A DNA stretch of 64,000 bases from an uncultured delta proteobacterium (GTDB lineage: Bacteria > Desulfobacterota > Desulfobacteria > Desulfobacterales > B30-G6), in assembly GCA_963744665.1 (NCBI GenBank), contig CAVUUM010000003.1, positions 62,508-126,507 on the forward strand, written 5' to 3'. The translations under genes were made by a program, and so were the position numbers. Below the pieces are notes generated by a model. It saw nothing but the letters and a program-made list of their open reading frames with translations, ran no database searches and was not told where the DNA came from. Shown here one piece after another: positions 1 through 10,744 of the stretch (its first letter is position 1; each line of letters opens with the position of its first letter).

Positions 1-353
1 GCATTGAAATAGTCTCCAGCCGAAAGCGCCACGGTTCTTGGCATTCCCTGCCCACCCCATTCGGGGTCTTCGGTCATGGCCAGCCATTCGCCCTCGATGA
101 AGAGATCATATGCTTTATGAAATTCTTTGGGGACCGTTACCTGGCCGTTTTCGAAACGGGTACCTTCCCTGTCGCCGATTTCCCGTGTGGGCAGAATTTC
201 TTTGATGGCCAGATTCCGAGCCTCGGTAACGATCAGGTCGATGGTTTTTCTGTTAAATTCCGCAAAGGCTTCATGTTTGCTGACGCGTGCGATATCCAGC
301 TGTTCGTGTAGGACAAAATCGACGTCCCTTCGATCCGCAAGTACTTGTGCCAT
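1..353 (-). CDS. acyl-CoA dehydrogenase, N-terminal part (gene runs off the window start)
   Basis: The frame is open to the window edge. ATG at 351-353 follows a GGAGAG RBS. The translation MAQVLADRRDVDFVLHEQL...EDPEWGGQGMPRTV looks like the N-terminus of long acyl-CoA dehydrogenases. Confidence 0.65.
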   Translation of the reverse strand, partial: MAQVLADRRDVDFVLHEQLDIARVSKHEAFAEFNRKTIDLIVTEARNLAIKEILPTREIGDREGTRFENGQVTVPKEFHKAYDLFIEGEWLAMTEDPEWGGQGMPRTVALSAGDYFN

Positions 354-380
354 TTTTTCTCTCCTTGGGTTATTTTTTTG

Positions 381-443
381 CCGTAAGCGATAAGCCTTAA
401 GCACTAAGCTGCTTATAGCTTACAGCTTAATGCTTATGGCTTG
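381..443. repeat. inverted array of 7-nt NNTAAGC / GCTTANN words
   Basis: The sequence reads CCGTAAGCGATAAGCCTTAAGCACTAAGC-T-GCTTATAGCTTACAGCTTAATGCTTATGGCTT. It lies between the TetR stop and the acyl-CoA dehydrogenase start. Confidence 0.85.
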
Positions 444-1090
444 TTATCCGTGCTGCCGATACCATGAATAAAGAGCGACACCAGCGGGTCGGTCATGCTT
501 ACCAGATCATATTCCCCGCCTGAATGCAGCCAGGTATTGATGACCTCATCCACCGCTCCCAATATAAACCGCTTGACCAGACTCAGATAAAGATCTTTGC
601 GGATACTCCCTTGTGCCTGGCCCTGTTCCACGATTTCAGTGACAATGTCCAGGTACATGTCCGACATTTCCCGAATCTGGTCTTCCACCATGCGTGTGCG
701 CTGGTGCGTCTCCGACTGATAGAGGATGGCCATATTCGGGTCTGCCTGAAACTCTTGCAAGTGTCGCCGGATCAGGTTTTGAAGCTTATCAATGGCACCT
801 TCGGCCTTATCCACCTCTTCTCTGAAACGTCCGAAAACCTGCTTGGTCTTGTAATTGAAGAACTGCACCAGAATATCATCTTTGTTTTTGAAATATAGAT
901 AGATGGTGCCATCAGCCACACCGGCTTCTTTGGCAATCTGGGCAATGGTCGACTGAAAGAATCCGTTTTCAGCAAATATCTTGATAGCTGCCTCGAGTAT
1001 CCGATGGTATTTATCGTTTTCTCTGCGCTTTTTATTGATGGTGAACCTCCGCCTACATCGATCTTGTTTTATGAATGAATACTCATTCAT
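434..1090 (-). CDS. TetR family transcriptional regulator
   Basis: 218-aa ORF. The N-terminal HTH signature ILEAAIKIFAENGFFQSTIAQIAKEAGVADGTIYLYFKNKDDIL is typical of TetR proteins. Confidence 0.85.
   Translation of the reverse strand: MNEYSFIKQDRCRRRFTINKKRRENDKYHRILEAAIKIFAENGFFQSTIAQIAKEAGVADGTIYLYFKNKDDILVQFFNYKTKQVFGRFREEVDKAEGAIDKLQNLIRRHLQEFQADPNMAILYQSETHQRTRMVEDQIREMSDMYLDIVTEIVEQGQAQGSIRKDLYLSLVKRFILGAVDEVINTWLHSGGEYDLVSMTDPLVSLFIHGIGSTDNKP
1071..1090. promoter_or_regulatory. perfect palindrome overlapping the TetR start codon (candidate operator)
   Basis: ATGAATGA-ATAC-TCATTCAT has 8-bp arms and includes the ATG of the TetR gene. Confidence 0.35.
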
Positions 1091-1108
1091 TTAATACGCG
1101 TAACGATC

Positions 1109-1147
1109 CCGTGTCAACCCCTATTTTAAAAATTTTGATTGACACGG
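1109..1147. promoter_or_regulatory. 9-bp inverted repeat in the divergent TetR/OMP intergenic region (candidate operator or divergent -35 boxes)
   Basis: CCGTGTCAA-N21-TTGACACGG. Each arm contains TTGACA when read outward. Confidence 0.35.
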
Positions 1148-1405
1148 CAAACAACAACATTAACTATTTTATCAGCATATTAAAGAATAAATGCCTTTGT
1201 TGCGCCTAACATTTTAGGTCATACAAAACACAAATATAAAGATGAGGGTTCGTTCATTCAGCTCTATTTTCTTGTCTAAATGTATATCCTAGTATATGGG
1301 TATGAATTCGTTGCCGCAGGCATGCCGGCACCGAATCCCAGAGACAGCTTTGCTCTTTTAAAACGCATGTATGAGCAGGCAATCTTATCAATCAGGAGCG
1401 TCCCT

Positions 1406-2689
1406 TTGGCAACAGACGTCAACTGCACACATGCTATCGGTATTTTGATTCTTTTATTGCTGGTCACGTCTTTTCCTGTGTTTGCCGCCGACCCCCAGTT
1501 GCAGTTTTCCAGTGAGACCATTTTATATTCCTTTGAGAGGGAAAACCAAGAAGGCGACAGTAGCCAGTCCATGCCCTTATACGAGTATATGCGCATGGAC
1601 TATGGCGACATCGATAACATTGGGCTTTCGCTGCATATTCACGGCTGGGCCCGCAAAGACATTGCCGACAATGGGTTTTATGAAGATGAGACTGACGGAG
1701 AACTCTTATACGGCTATGTCGAGTACGTGCCGCCATCCAGCCCATTAAGCATAAAGATAGGCAGGCAGCATATATTCTCGGGTATTGTCAACGATAGTGT
1801 CGATGGCTTTGGTCTTGAAAGTCTTTTGGGTGCGCATGTTTCCGTCACAGCCTTTGCCGGTTTTCCAACCGCCTACAAAGAAGACAACGGAACCTCCGGC
1901 GATGCCATTTTCGGGGGCCGAACAGCTTTTCATGATATCAACCTCGGAACCATGGGCATATCCTACAAAAAGGTCTCAGACGATGGTGACACAGTGGAAA
2001 ACACCGCCGGTCTGGATACCTACCTGATTATTAACAGTTTTCTGACATGCCAGGGGTTATCCAGTTGGAACTTTGAATCCCGGGGATGGAGAGAACACAC
2101 CTATGAGGCTGTTTTTGTACTGGATGAATTTCTCCTGATTCCCATGTATCAGGCATACCGGTTTGATGACTACTTTTCAGAAGACGACACAGGTTCCCAA
2201 CCGTTTCGTTATTTAAAGGATACCGATGAAAAGGTGTCCATTGTGGGGGGTGATCTGATCTGGCAGCAGTCCGGTCGTGTTGATGTGGGTATTAAACTGA
2301 AACAGTATACCTATGATTTGCGCGATGAAACCAGCCAAAACTACACAGCTGTATTGAACATCCATGGGGATAAGAATTCTCAGGTGGGCCTGGAAATTGG
2401 AATAATGGACGGAGAGACCTCGGAAAACGATTACACGTTGATGAGGGGCTATTTTTATTGGGACACCCCGCTGCCAATCACTGAAAACTGGTTTGTCAGC
2501 GGTAATTTGCTTTATGTTCGCTACAATGAAGATATTTACGGGCAGGACAGCTCTCTGTTCATGTCACTGGGAGGAGGGAAACAGCTCATAGAAAACAGCC
2601 TCCAGCTGAATGTATCCGGCGATTATAGTTCAGACCCCTATTTTGACAAAGATTTCCGTTTGATGATCGCCCTTAAATACGACTATTAG
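1406..2689 (+). CDS. outer-membrane beta-barrel (porin-like) protein
   Basis: The frame is open from 1280. I prefer TTG at 1406, 7 nt after AGGAG (1394-1398); ATG at 1367 is the alternative. A signal peptide ends ...LLLVTSFPVFA/ADP. The protein has alternating beta-strand-like composition and ends ALKYDY. Confidence 0.6.
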   Translation: MATDVNCTHAIGILILLLLVTSFPVFAADPQLQFSSETILYSFERENQEGDSSQSMPLYEYMRMDYGDIDNIGLSLHIHGWARKDIADNGFYEDETDGELLYGYVEYVPPSSPLSIKIGRQHIFSGIVNDSVDGFGLESLLGAHVSVTAFAGFPTAYKEDNGTSGDAIFGGRTAFHDINLGTMGISYKKVSDDGDTVENTAGLDTYLIINSFLTCQGLSSWNFESRGWREHTYEAVFVLDEFLLIPMYQAYRFDDYFSEDDTGSQPFRYLKDTDEKVSIVGGDLIWQQSGRVDVGIKLKQYTYDLRDETSQNYTAVLNIHGDKNSQVGLEIGIMDGETSENDYTLMRGYFYWDTPLPITENWFVSGNLLYVRYNEDIYGQDSSLFMSLGGGKQLIENSLQLNVSGDYSSDPYFDKDFRLMIALKYDY

Positions 2690-2696
2690 AGACCCT

Positions 2697-3173
2697 ATGA
2701 TGGAAATACTAAAAAAATATACACTGCCCGGTCTTGTGGCTCTCACATTGATCGGTCTCATTCTGGCCTGTGCCACCACTCAGGACAACTGGTCACCGCC
2801 CGCAACCCATGTCCAGGACGAAGGGGAAGATCTGCGGTACTGCCTGGATTGTCATGATGCAGCAGATGAAACCTTTCCTTACAGACGATATGTGCACACA
2901 CCGTTTTTTTCAGAAAACCATCGACTCGTCGCAAACCAGAACAGCCGTACCTGCAACATGTGTCACAAACCAAGCTACTGCGATAATTGTCATGGGGTGG
3001 GCATCGAGCTCAAACCTTCAACCAGGAATCAAACCCGTCCGGACAGACGCATGCCTCACCCAGGCGACTACCTGTCCAGACATCGCATCGATGGACGGAT
3101 AGACCCGGTTTCGTGTCACCGCTGTCATGGAAACCCCAAGACCGCCCAAACATGCAAAACCTGTCACGGCTAA
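2697..3173 (+). CDS. lipoprotein pentahaem c-type cytochrome
   Basis: Lipobox LILAC. Five CxxCH motifs: CLDCH, CNMCH, CDNCH, CHRCH, CKTCH. Confidence 0.8.
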   Translation: MMEILKKYTLPGLVALTLIGLILACATTQDNWSPPATHVQDEGEDLRYCLDCHDAADETFPYRRYVHTPFFSENHRLVANQNSRTCNMCHKPSYCDNCHGVGIELKPSTRNQTRPDRRMPHPGDYLSRHRIDGRIDPVSCHRCHGNPKTAQTCKTCHG

Positions 3174-3181
3174 AAAAAACC

Positions 3182-3907
3182 ATGAAACCTCATACCCCAT
3201 ACAAAACGAGCAAAATGACTGGCTGGATCCTCATGCTTTTCCTGGCAGCCAGTCTTTCAAACTGCTCTGAAACCAATTCGGACGCCCCCCTGTCAGACGC
3301 TGCCCACCCCCGCGCCTTTAACAATCCACAATTTTTAACTTTAGATATTTTCCACGGCATGCGCGTCGCCCAAGACGGGAAAGATTCGTGCAGGACATGC
3401 CATGGGTCCAATCTAAAGGGTGAAAACGATATTCCCGGCTGCTATGCGTGCCATTTCGGCCCCGACGGCAGCAAGAACCCCGAAGGATCCGACTGGGTTC
3501 ATGGCCAGGACCAACATGGGGCATATGCGTCCTTTGAACCTGTCTGCAATAATTGTCATGCCGTGGAACGTCGATACGGTCTGGACCCGGCAGCCTGCCA
3601 CGACTGTCACGGGGATGGGGTCAATCATCTAACCGGGCGGGCATGGCTGGACAAAAACAGTGCGCAATTCCATGGGGACAACGGTGATTTAAACTGTGCG
3701 GACTGCCATAACCTGAACACCGACTGTGCCACGTGCCATTTTGGAGAGACCGGCAGCAAGTCCCCCCTGGGGTCGGGATGGGTTCATGGCAACAACGAAC
3801 AACACCGGCGTTATGAAAGCAGTAGAAGCATATGCAATAAGTGCCACAGCCTCAACAGAACCTATGGAAATGAACCGGGGCGTTGCCATGACTGTCATGA
3901 TGACTAA
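3182..3907 (+). CDS. lipoprotein octahaem c-type cytochrome with an internal duplication
   Basis: ATG at 3182 (an alternative Met is 11 codons later). Lipobox LSNC. Eight CxxCH motifs. Two similar halves: CYACHFGPDGSKNPEGSDWVHG... and CATCHFGETGSKSPLGSGWVHG... Confidence 0.8.
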   Translation: MKPHTPYKTSKMTGWILMLFLAASLSNCSETNSDAPLSDAAHPRAFNNPQFLTLDIFHGMRVAQDGKDSCRTCHGSNLKGENDIPGCYACHFGPDGSKNPEGSDWVHGQDQHGAYASFEPVCNNCHAVERRYGLDPAACHDCHGDGVNHLTGRAWLDKNSAQFHGDNGDLNCADCHNLNTDCATCHFGETGSKSPLGSGWVHGNNEQHRRYESSRSICNKCHSLNRTYGNEPGRCHDCHDD

Positions 3908-3975
3908 AACATAGCTCAAAAATGTATATTTTACTCCGTCATTTAAAACCGGGCGCTTTGAATCCGGGTATCGAC

Positions 3976-5544
3976 TTAAGTCCTACCGGCTTTTTCCAAT
4001 AGGGAAAGGGCCTTTTCTTTGCCCACCAGTTGCACAAAGGTGCCGAAACGGGGCCCCCGCTCCTGGCCGAATACCACTTCATAGAACATTTTGAAAAAAT
4101 CTTTGGGCTGCACATCAAACGCCCGGGCCACTGAAAACGGCATGGTCTGCAGCGTATTTTCATCTGTGCCGTCATACCTTGTCAAGGCATCGTGAAGCTG
4201 TCCCAGCATCTTTTTTTCAGTATCCGTTGGTGTTCGGTACTGCTTTTGGGGCAAAACAAAATCCCTGTAATAGGACATGGCTTTGTCCACCAGGTCCGTA
4301 ACAATATCCCGGCACGCACGCAGGTCGGGATCATAGCGTTTGAGGTATTCCATGATCAAATCCCTGTCATCGGCGCCAACAGCGGAAATCAGATTGTTGA
4401 TCAGTGAAAAATTGATAACTGAACCGTAAGCAGGAATTTGTCCGCCTTTGCCGAAAATATGCCAGACAGACGAATCCGGTTGTTTCTCTTTTTCCAGGGC
4501 CGGGTATTGCTTCAAACCCGTTAGATAGTCGTCCACCGATTTGGGAACGATGCCCCAGTAGAGTCGTTTGGCCTGTTTGGGATTCTGAAAGATATAATAG
4601 AGCAGCGAACCCAGGGGGGCGTAGGTGGTCCAGGAGTCGATGGTCAAGCCCTTGCCCACGCTTTTGGAAATCTTGCGGCCTTCCTCATCCAGAAAAAGTT
4701 CACAGAAGATGCCCGTGGGTGGCTGCTTTCCCATGGTACGCGTAATCTTGCCCGAGAGTTTTGCCGATTCAATCAGGTCCTTGCCGTACATTTCATACCC
4801 GATGTCATAGGCAAACCAGCGCAGGGCCCAGTCGACCTTCCAGCCCACCTTGACATTGCCGTCAAATATCGATGCCGTGCCGTGGTGACCGCAACTCTGC
4901 AGCAGCCCGTCTTCCTGATCACAGACATAGTCGATGGTATTGCTGCCCACATGATACGCCGTAACACGCGTACTGTTGATTCTGCCACAGCTTTCACAGA
5001 CAGGGAAAAAGGGTGACCAATTCCGTTGTTTGTCCTCGCTCATGGTGGGTAGTATAATCGCCTTGATCGCCTCCACCTTCTGCAGAATAATGGTCAGACC
5101 TGCATTGAAATCACCCCTGGTGTAAGCCTCCTGGGAGCTTTGAAACGTGTAATCGAAACCATAGCTGTCCAGGAACTGTTTCAGCTTCTGGTTCATGTAG
5201 CCGCTGTAGCTTTCGCACTCGCCAAAAGGATCGGGGATCTGACATAGTGGTTTCCCGATATTTTCTTTGAGCATCTCCTGCTGCGGCATGTTCAAGGGCA
5301 CTTTCCGCAGACCGTCCATGTCGTCGCTGAAAGCGATAAGCTCCGTGGGCCAGTGGGTTTGAAATTCAAACGCCTGGCGCACCCATGTGGTGCGGGCCAC
5401 TTCTGCAAAGGTGCCGATATGGGGCAGCCCGCTGGGTCCGAATCCGGTTTCAAATTTTACCGGCGCCTCAGATGCTTGGGCAAACCGTTTTTGCAGTTTG
5501 AACGCCTCTTTGAAGGGCCAGGATTTGTAATTGACTGGTGACAT
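3976..5544 (-). CDS. lysK: lysyl-tRNA synthetase, class I
   Basis: HIGH-type motif (GLPHIGTFAEV) and KMSKS-type motif (KISKSVG). The likely start is MSPVNYKSWPF, downstream of the first ATG of the ORF-track entry. Confidence 0.9.
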   Translation of the reverse strand: MSPVNYKSWPFKEAFKLQKRFAQASEAPVKFETGFGPSGLPHIGTFAEVARTTWVRQAFEFQTHWPTELIAFSDDMDGLRKVPLNMPQQEMLKENIGKPLCQIPDPFGECESYSGYMNQKLKQFLDSYGFDYTFQSSQEAYTRGDFNAGLTIILQKVEAIKAIILPTMSEDKQRNWSPFFPVCESCGRINSTRVTAYHVGSNTIDYVCDQEDGLLQSCGHHGTASIFDGNVKVGWKVDWALRWFAYDIGYEMYGKDLIESAKLSGKITRTMGKQPPTGIFCELFLDEEGRKISKSVGKGLTIDSWTTYAPLGSLLYYIFQNPKQAKRLYWGIVPKSVDDYLTGLKQYPALEKEKQPDSSVWHIFGKGGQIPAYGSVINFSLINNLISAVGADDRDLIMEYLKRYDPDLRACRDIVTDLVDKAMSYYRDFVLPQKQYRTPTDTEKKMLGQLHDALTRYDGTDENTLQTMPFSVARAFDVQPKDFFKMFYEVVFGQERGPRFGTFVQLVGKEKALSLLEKAGRT

Positions 5545-5881
5545 TGGATACTCGCTTTCACGTTGTTGGCATGCCCCATCGGACGAATACTTTTGGAGAC
5601 AACCCATATAATCGGATCCTGTTTTTCGCACCGAACATAATCACATAATCTGTATCATGCAAGCAAAGAATGGGATTGGTAGCTACGGTTGTTTGATGTT
5701 AATTGGGTTCAATTTCTATTGACAAGGCGCAGTCCGTTATATACACATTCTTGTTGGTTTGCGCTGGGGACAGGCAAAAAGGTAAAACGCGCGGACAAGG
5801 CCTTCTTGAAGCGCCTCGTTGCGTCTCGTCCTGACAGCGATTTGAAATAAACCCAACCAGAACACTCAGGAGAAGCTAACC

Positions 5882-8800
5882 ATGCCTAAGGATATAATAG
5901 GTGCGACAATGGTGGTCGGCGGCGGAATCGCGGGGATGCAGTCAGCCCTGGATCTTGCCGAATCCGGCTATTATGTTTATCTGGTCGAAAAATCATCAGC
6001 CATTGGCGGGCTCATGTCTCAACTGGACAAGACCTTTCCGACCAATGACTGTGCCATGTGAGTTATTTCACCGAAACTGGTCGAGGTCGGCCGGCATCTC
6101 AACATCGAACTGCTCACCAACACGGAACTGGTGGAACTGAAGGGAGAACCCGGTAATTTCACGGCAAAAGTGCACCAGGAACCCCGCTTTATCGACCCGG
6201 ACAAGTGCACCAGCTGCGGCGAGTGTGCCAAGGTATGTCCCATTACATGCGCCAACGAATATGACGAAGGGCTCTCGAAACGCCAAGCGGCTTTCAAAAA
6301 ATATCCCCAGGCCATTCCCGGCGCCTTTGCTATCGACAAGCGCGGCACCGCACCATGCAAAGCCACCTGCCCCGCACATGTAAGTATCCAGGGCTATATC
6401 GCCCTTATCAACCAGGGCAAGTACAGGGAAGCCCTTGAACTCTTCAAGCAGGAGCATCCTTTTCCCGGTATTTGCGGCAGGGTCTGCCACCATCCCTGCG
6501 AGGAGATCTGTACCCGTAACGACGTGGACCAGCCCCTTGCCATCCGGGAGCTGCACCGTTTTCTTGCCGACTACGAAAGGCAACAGGGTGATTGGTATAT
6601 ACCGGAAGTGGCCCAAGCCCGCAAAGAAAAGGTGGCCATCATCGGATCCGGACCCGCAGGCCTCACTACCGCCTATTGCCTCGCCAGGCAGGGCTACCAG
6701 GTTACCATCTACGAAAAACTCCCCGTTACCGGCGGCATGATGGCGGTGGGAATCCCCGAGTACCGTCTTCCCCGGGACCTTCTGGCTGATGAAATTCAGG
6801 TCATCCAGAAGATGGGTGTCGAGATAAAAACCGGTGTCACCTTTGGCGAAGACATCACCCTCGACAGCCTGAAGCAGGATGGGTTTTCCGCCGTCTTTCT
6901 GGCCATCGGTCTGCATGGCGGCCGAAACCTGGGTGTGGAAAATGAAGATGCCGAAGGTGTTCTCCAGGGTGTCGATTTTTTAAGGGACTGCGCCCTGGGA
7001 AAAGAGGTTACCATCGGTGAAGACGTCGTGGTGGTGGGGGGCGGCAATGTAGCCATCGATGTGGCTCTGACCGCCAAGCGCAAAGGTGCCAAAAACGTTA
7101 CCCTGATCTGTCTGGAAGCGCGTGAGGAAATGCCGGCCTGGCAGCATGAAATCGAAGAGGCCCTGGAAGGGGATATCCAGATCGTCAACAGCTTTGGACC
7201 CAAATCCTTTTATATAGACAAGAGCAACAAGGTTTCCGGTATCGAATTCAAGACCTGCACAGCTGTTTTTGACGACGCCGGTCGATTCGACCCCCAGTAT
7301 GATGACAATGTCTGCCAGCCTTTTTTCGGCGACACCGTGATCGTTGCCATCGGTCAGAGCGCCCAGCTCGATCTCATCAAGGAACAGGGTATTCCGGTAA
7401 CGCCCAGGGGTGGACTCGAAGCGGACCCCGTCACCCTGCAGACCGGGATCGATTGGGTTTTTGCCGGTGGGGACGCCTTTTATGGTCCCAAGTCCGTGGT
7501 GGATGCCGTCTCCTGCGGCAAGGAAGCCGCCGAGAGCATTCACCGCTTTCTGAACGGCCAGGACCTGGCAGCAGACCGCGAAAAGAACTGGGAATTTGAA
7601 AAACCCGATGTTGCAAACGAACCCAAGATAGATCGCACGGTTGTGCGCTGTCTTGACCCTGAAGCACGGGAGTGCAATTTTCTGGAAGTCTCATTCGGTT
7701 ACGATGAGACAGAAGCCAAAACCGAAGCCCAGCGGTGTCTTGAATGCGGCATCTGCTCGGAATGCTACCAGTGTGTCAAGGCCTGTCTGGCAGAAGCGGT
7801 CGACCACAGCCAGAAACCGGTGGACAAAGACATCAAGGTCGGCTCGGTCATTCTTTCCTCTGGAACAGACCTGTACGACCCCAGTGGTCTTAAAGAATTC
7901 TACCATTACGGTGTCAACCCGAATGTCATGACCAGCCTGGAGTTTGAGCGCATATTGAGCGCCTCCGGACCGACCATGGGGCATCTTGTACGACCCTCGG
8001 ACGAAAAAGAACCCAAAAAAATTGCCTGGCTGCAATGTGTGGGTTCACGGGATACCAACCGGTGCGGCAACGGTTACTGCAGCTCGGTCTGCTGCATGTA
8101 CGCCATCAAGGATGCCATGATCGCCAAAGAGCACTCCGGGGGCGATCTGGATTGCGCTGTTTTTTACATGGATATCCGTTCCTTTGGCAAAGACTATGAA
8201 AAATATTACGATCGGGCCAGGGACAAGGAAGGCATCCGCTTTATCAAGGCCCGCGTACACACCATTGCCGATGATCCTGAAACCCGGAATCTGAAAGTTA
8301 CGTTTGCGGACGAAAGCGGTCAGATGCAGGAAGAGATTTTCGATATGCTGGTGCTGTCCGTTGGACTGCAGGTCGGTGAGGCGTCTGTCGAACTGGCCAG
8401 ACGACTCGAAATTGATCTCAACCATTATAATTTTGTGAACACAGACCCCTTTGCTCCGGTTGCCACGTCACGGCCCGGTGTTTACACCTGTGGTATTTTT
8501 CAGGGACCCAAAGACATTCCCTCGTCCGTCACGGAGGCCAGCGCCGCTGCCAGCGCCGCCGGGGTGGATGTGGCGAAAGCCCGGGGAACGGTTACCAAAA
8601 AGATTGCCCTGGTCGAGGAAATGGATGTGAGCGAGGAGGAACCCAGAATCGGTGTCTTTGTCTGCAACTGCGGCATCAACATCGGCGGTGTGGTGGACGT
8701 ACCGGGTGTCCAGGCTTATGCCGCCACCCTTCCCGGTGTCGTATTCACGGACAACAACCTCTTTACCTGCAGTCAGGACACCCAGGAAGACATCAAGAAA

Positions 8801-10313
8801 AAGATCAAAGAAGAAAAATTGAACCGGGTGGTGGTGGCCTCGTGCAGTCCCAAAACCCATGCGCCCATGTTTATGGAAACCCTGGAAGCCTGCGGCCTCA
8901 ATAAATACCTTTTCGAAATGGCCAACATACGCAACCAGAACTCCTGGGTCCACGCAAACAATCCCGACATCGCTACCCAGAAAGCCAAGGATCTGGTCCG
9001 GATGGCCGTGGCACGCTCCAGCCACCTGAGACCGCTGAAAGAAAAAATTATCGGCGTCAACAAGCGGGCCCTGGTAATCGGCGGCGGCATCGCCGGTATG
9101 AATGCCGCCCTGAACATCAGTAAACAGGGACTTCCCGTGACCCTCATCGAAAAAGGATCCGCCTTGGGAGGGATGGCCCGCAATCTCCATCATACCATTG
9201 AGGGCGGAGATATTCAGCAGTATTTGCAACGATCTTATCCAGGAAGTGACGGCCCGGGAAAACATTGAAATCCTGACCGATGCCGTGGTGATGTCTTTTG
9301 ACGGTTTCCAGGGCAATTTCGCCACCGAAATCGGTATCGGCCCCATGCGGGAACCCAGGGTCATCGAACATGGTGTCATCCTGGTGGCCACCGGTGCCAA
9401 TGAGTACCAACCCAAGGAATATCTCTACGGAAAAGATGAACGCGTCAAAACCCAGGTGGAGCTGACGGATTACCTCCACAAAGAGGGTGCCGAACATCTG
9501 GATTGTGTCACCATGATTCAGTGTGTGGGATCACGAAATGAAGAAAACCCCAACTGCTCGAGAATCTGCTGCCAATCGGCTGTAAAAAATGCACTGGCCA
9601 TCAAGAAGACCAATCCCGGAACACAAGTATTTATCCTCTATCGCGATATGCGGACATATGGATTGCTGGAGGATTATTACACTCAGGCCAGGAAAGAGGG
9701 TGTCATATTCATTCGCTTTGACAAGGAACATCCTCCGGAAGTCAACGCCACCGGCGATGGTCTGATGGTAACCGTCAAAGATCACGTTCTCCAGCAACCG
9801 ATCCAGATTCACTCGGACCTGCTGGCCTTGAGCGCCGGGGTTGCGGCTGCCGACACGGAAGAACTGAGTAAAATCATGAAGCTGAACCGGAATCCCGAAG
9901 GCTTTTTTCTCGAGGCCCATGTAAAACTCAGACCGGTGGACATGGGAAGCGATGCCACCTTCCTGTGTGGTACTGCCCATGCGCCAAAATTGATATCCGA
10001 ATCCATTGCCCAGGCCCAGGCGGCAGCCTCCCGGGCCATGACCTTTCTTTCAAAAGATGAAATCAAGCTGTCGGCAATTACGGCCAAGGTGGATGTGGAA
10101 CACTGCGTCAAATGCCTGACCTGTGTCCGATCCTGTCCCTTTGATGTGCCCAAATTCGACATCGAAAAAGGAGAAATCGTCATAGACGAGGCCATGTGTC
10201 ATGGCTGTGGCGTCTGTGCCTCGGTTTGCCCACGCCAGGCCATCAGCTTGAGTTTTTATGAAGACGACCAGATTCTCTGCAAAATAGACGCGCTACTGGC
10301 AGGAGGCATATAA
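5882..10313 (+). CDS. hdrL: large HdrA-like flavoprotein fused to an NfnB/GltD-like NAD(P)H module (HdrL type); selenocysteine at 6059-6061; apparent +1 frameshift near 9227
   Basis: ATG at 5882 follows GGAG. In-frame TGA sits in the HdrA motif [15 protein letters not shown] GltD-like segment is present (CKATCPAHV..., IIGSGPAGL). There are two HdrA-like modules ([22 protein letters not shown]) and ferredoxin CxxCxxCxxxCP motifs. Similarity continues from frame 2 (...GGDIQQYL) into frame 0 ([16 protein letters not shown]...). Confidence 0.8.
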
Positions 10314-10735
10314 TGACGGATTTTGAACCGACGATTATCGCATTTTGTTGTGATTATTGAGGATATTCGGCAGCGGACCTGGCAGGTTCCATGCGGCTCG
10401 ATTATCCGGCCAATATCAAGATTATCCGGGTACCTTGTACCGGAAAAGTAGATGTCATGTACCTACTCAGGGCGATCCAGAAAGGAGCGGATGGTGTCTA
10501 TGTGGTGGGTTGTCTGGAGGGGACCTGTCACTACAACGAGGGCAATTTCAGGGCTCGTGAACGGGTGGAGCATGTGCGCATGCTCCTGGAGGAAATAGGC
10601 CTTGAAGCCGACAGGGTTAGAATGTATAATCTTTCTTCTGGCGAAGGGCCTACCTTTGCTGCCTACGCCAGGGAAATGACTGAACTTATCAAGGCGATGG
10701 GACCCAATCCATTAAAAGATTCGGGGACAGCCTAA
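10313..10735 (+). CDS. mvhD: MvhD-like (methyl-viologen-reducing hydrogenase delta subunit family) protein with selenocysteine at 10358-10360
   Basis: The start overlaps the hdrL stop as TAATG. The translation reads [47 protein letters not shown]... The TGA replaces the Cys of the family motif FCCxWC. Confidence 0.85.
10375..10390 (+). promoter_or_regulatory. candidate bacterial SECIS stem-loop for mvhD
   Basis: GGACC-UGGCA-GGU(U)CC lies 14 nt after the UGA. The apical loop contains GG. Confidence 0.4.
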
Positions 10736-10744
10736 AACGGAGGA

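Noticed and set aside
2987-3181. N-terminal extension of the octahaem cytochrome ORF (2987..3907), and the similar extension of the OMP ORF from 1280.
   Set aside because: The extensions overlap the preceding gene or lack signal-peptide logic. Internal starts (3182; 1406 or 1367) give normal lipoprotein and signal sequences.
6068-6916. Long antisense or out-of-frame ORFs lie inside well-supported genes. Examples are 6068..6916(-), 8468..9415(-), 12879..13742(-), 23571..24284(-), 25641..26744(+), 36918..37916(-), 52274..53065(-) and 53096..54145(-).
   Set aside because: Each lies entirely opposite or within a gene with clear family motifs. Their translations are Gly/Arg/His/Val-rich with no recognisable motifs. 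They are typical shadow ORFs of GC-rich coding DNA.
9198-9268. Reading hdrL as two separate overlapping genes, or reading the TGA at 9266 as another selenocysteine.
   Set aside because: HdrA-like similarity leaves the first frame about 40 nt before that TGA and resumes in the +1 frame. The residues between ([13 protein letters not shown]) match nothing. A frame change near 9227 explains the data better.
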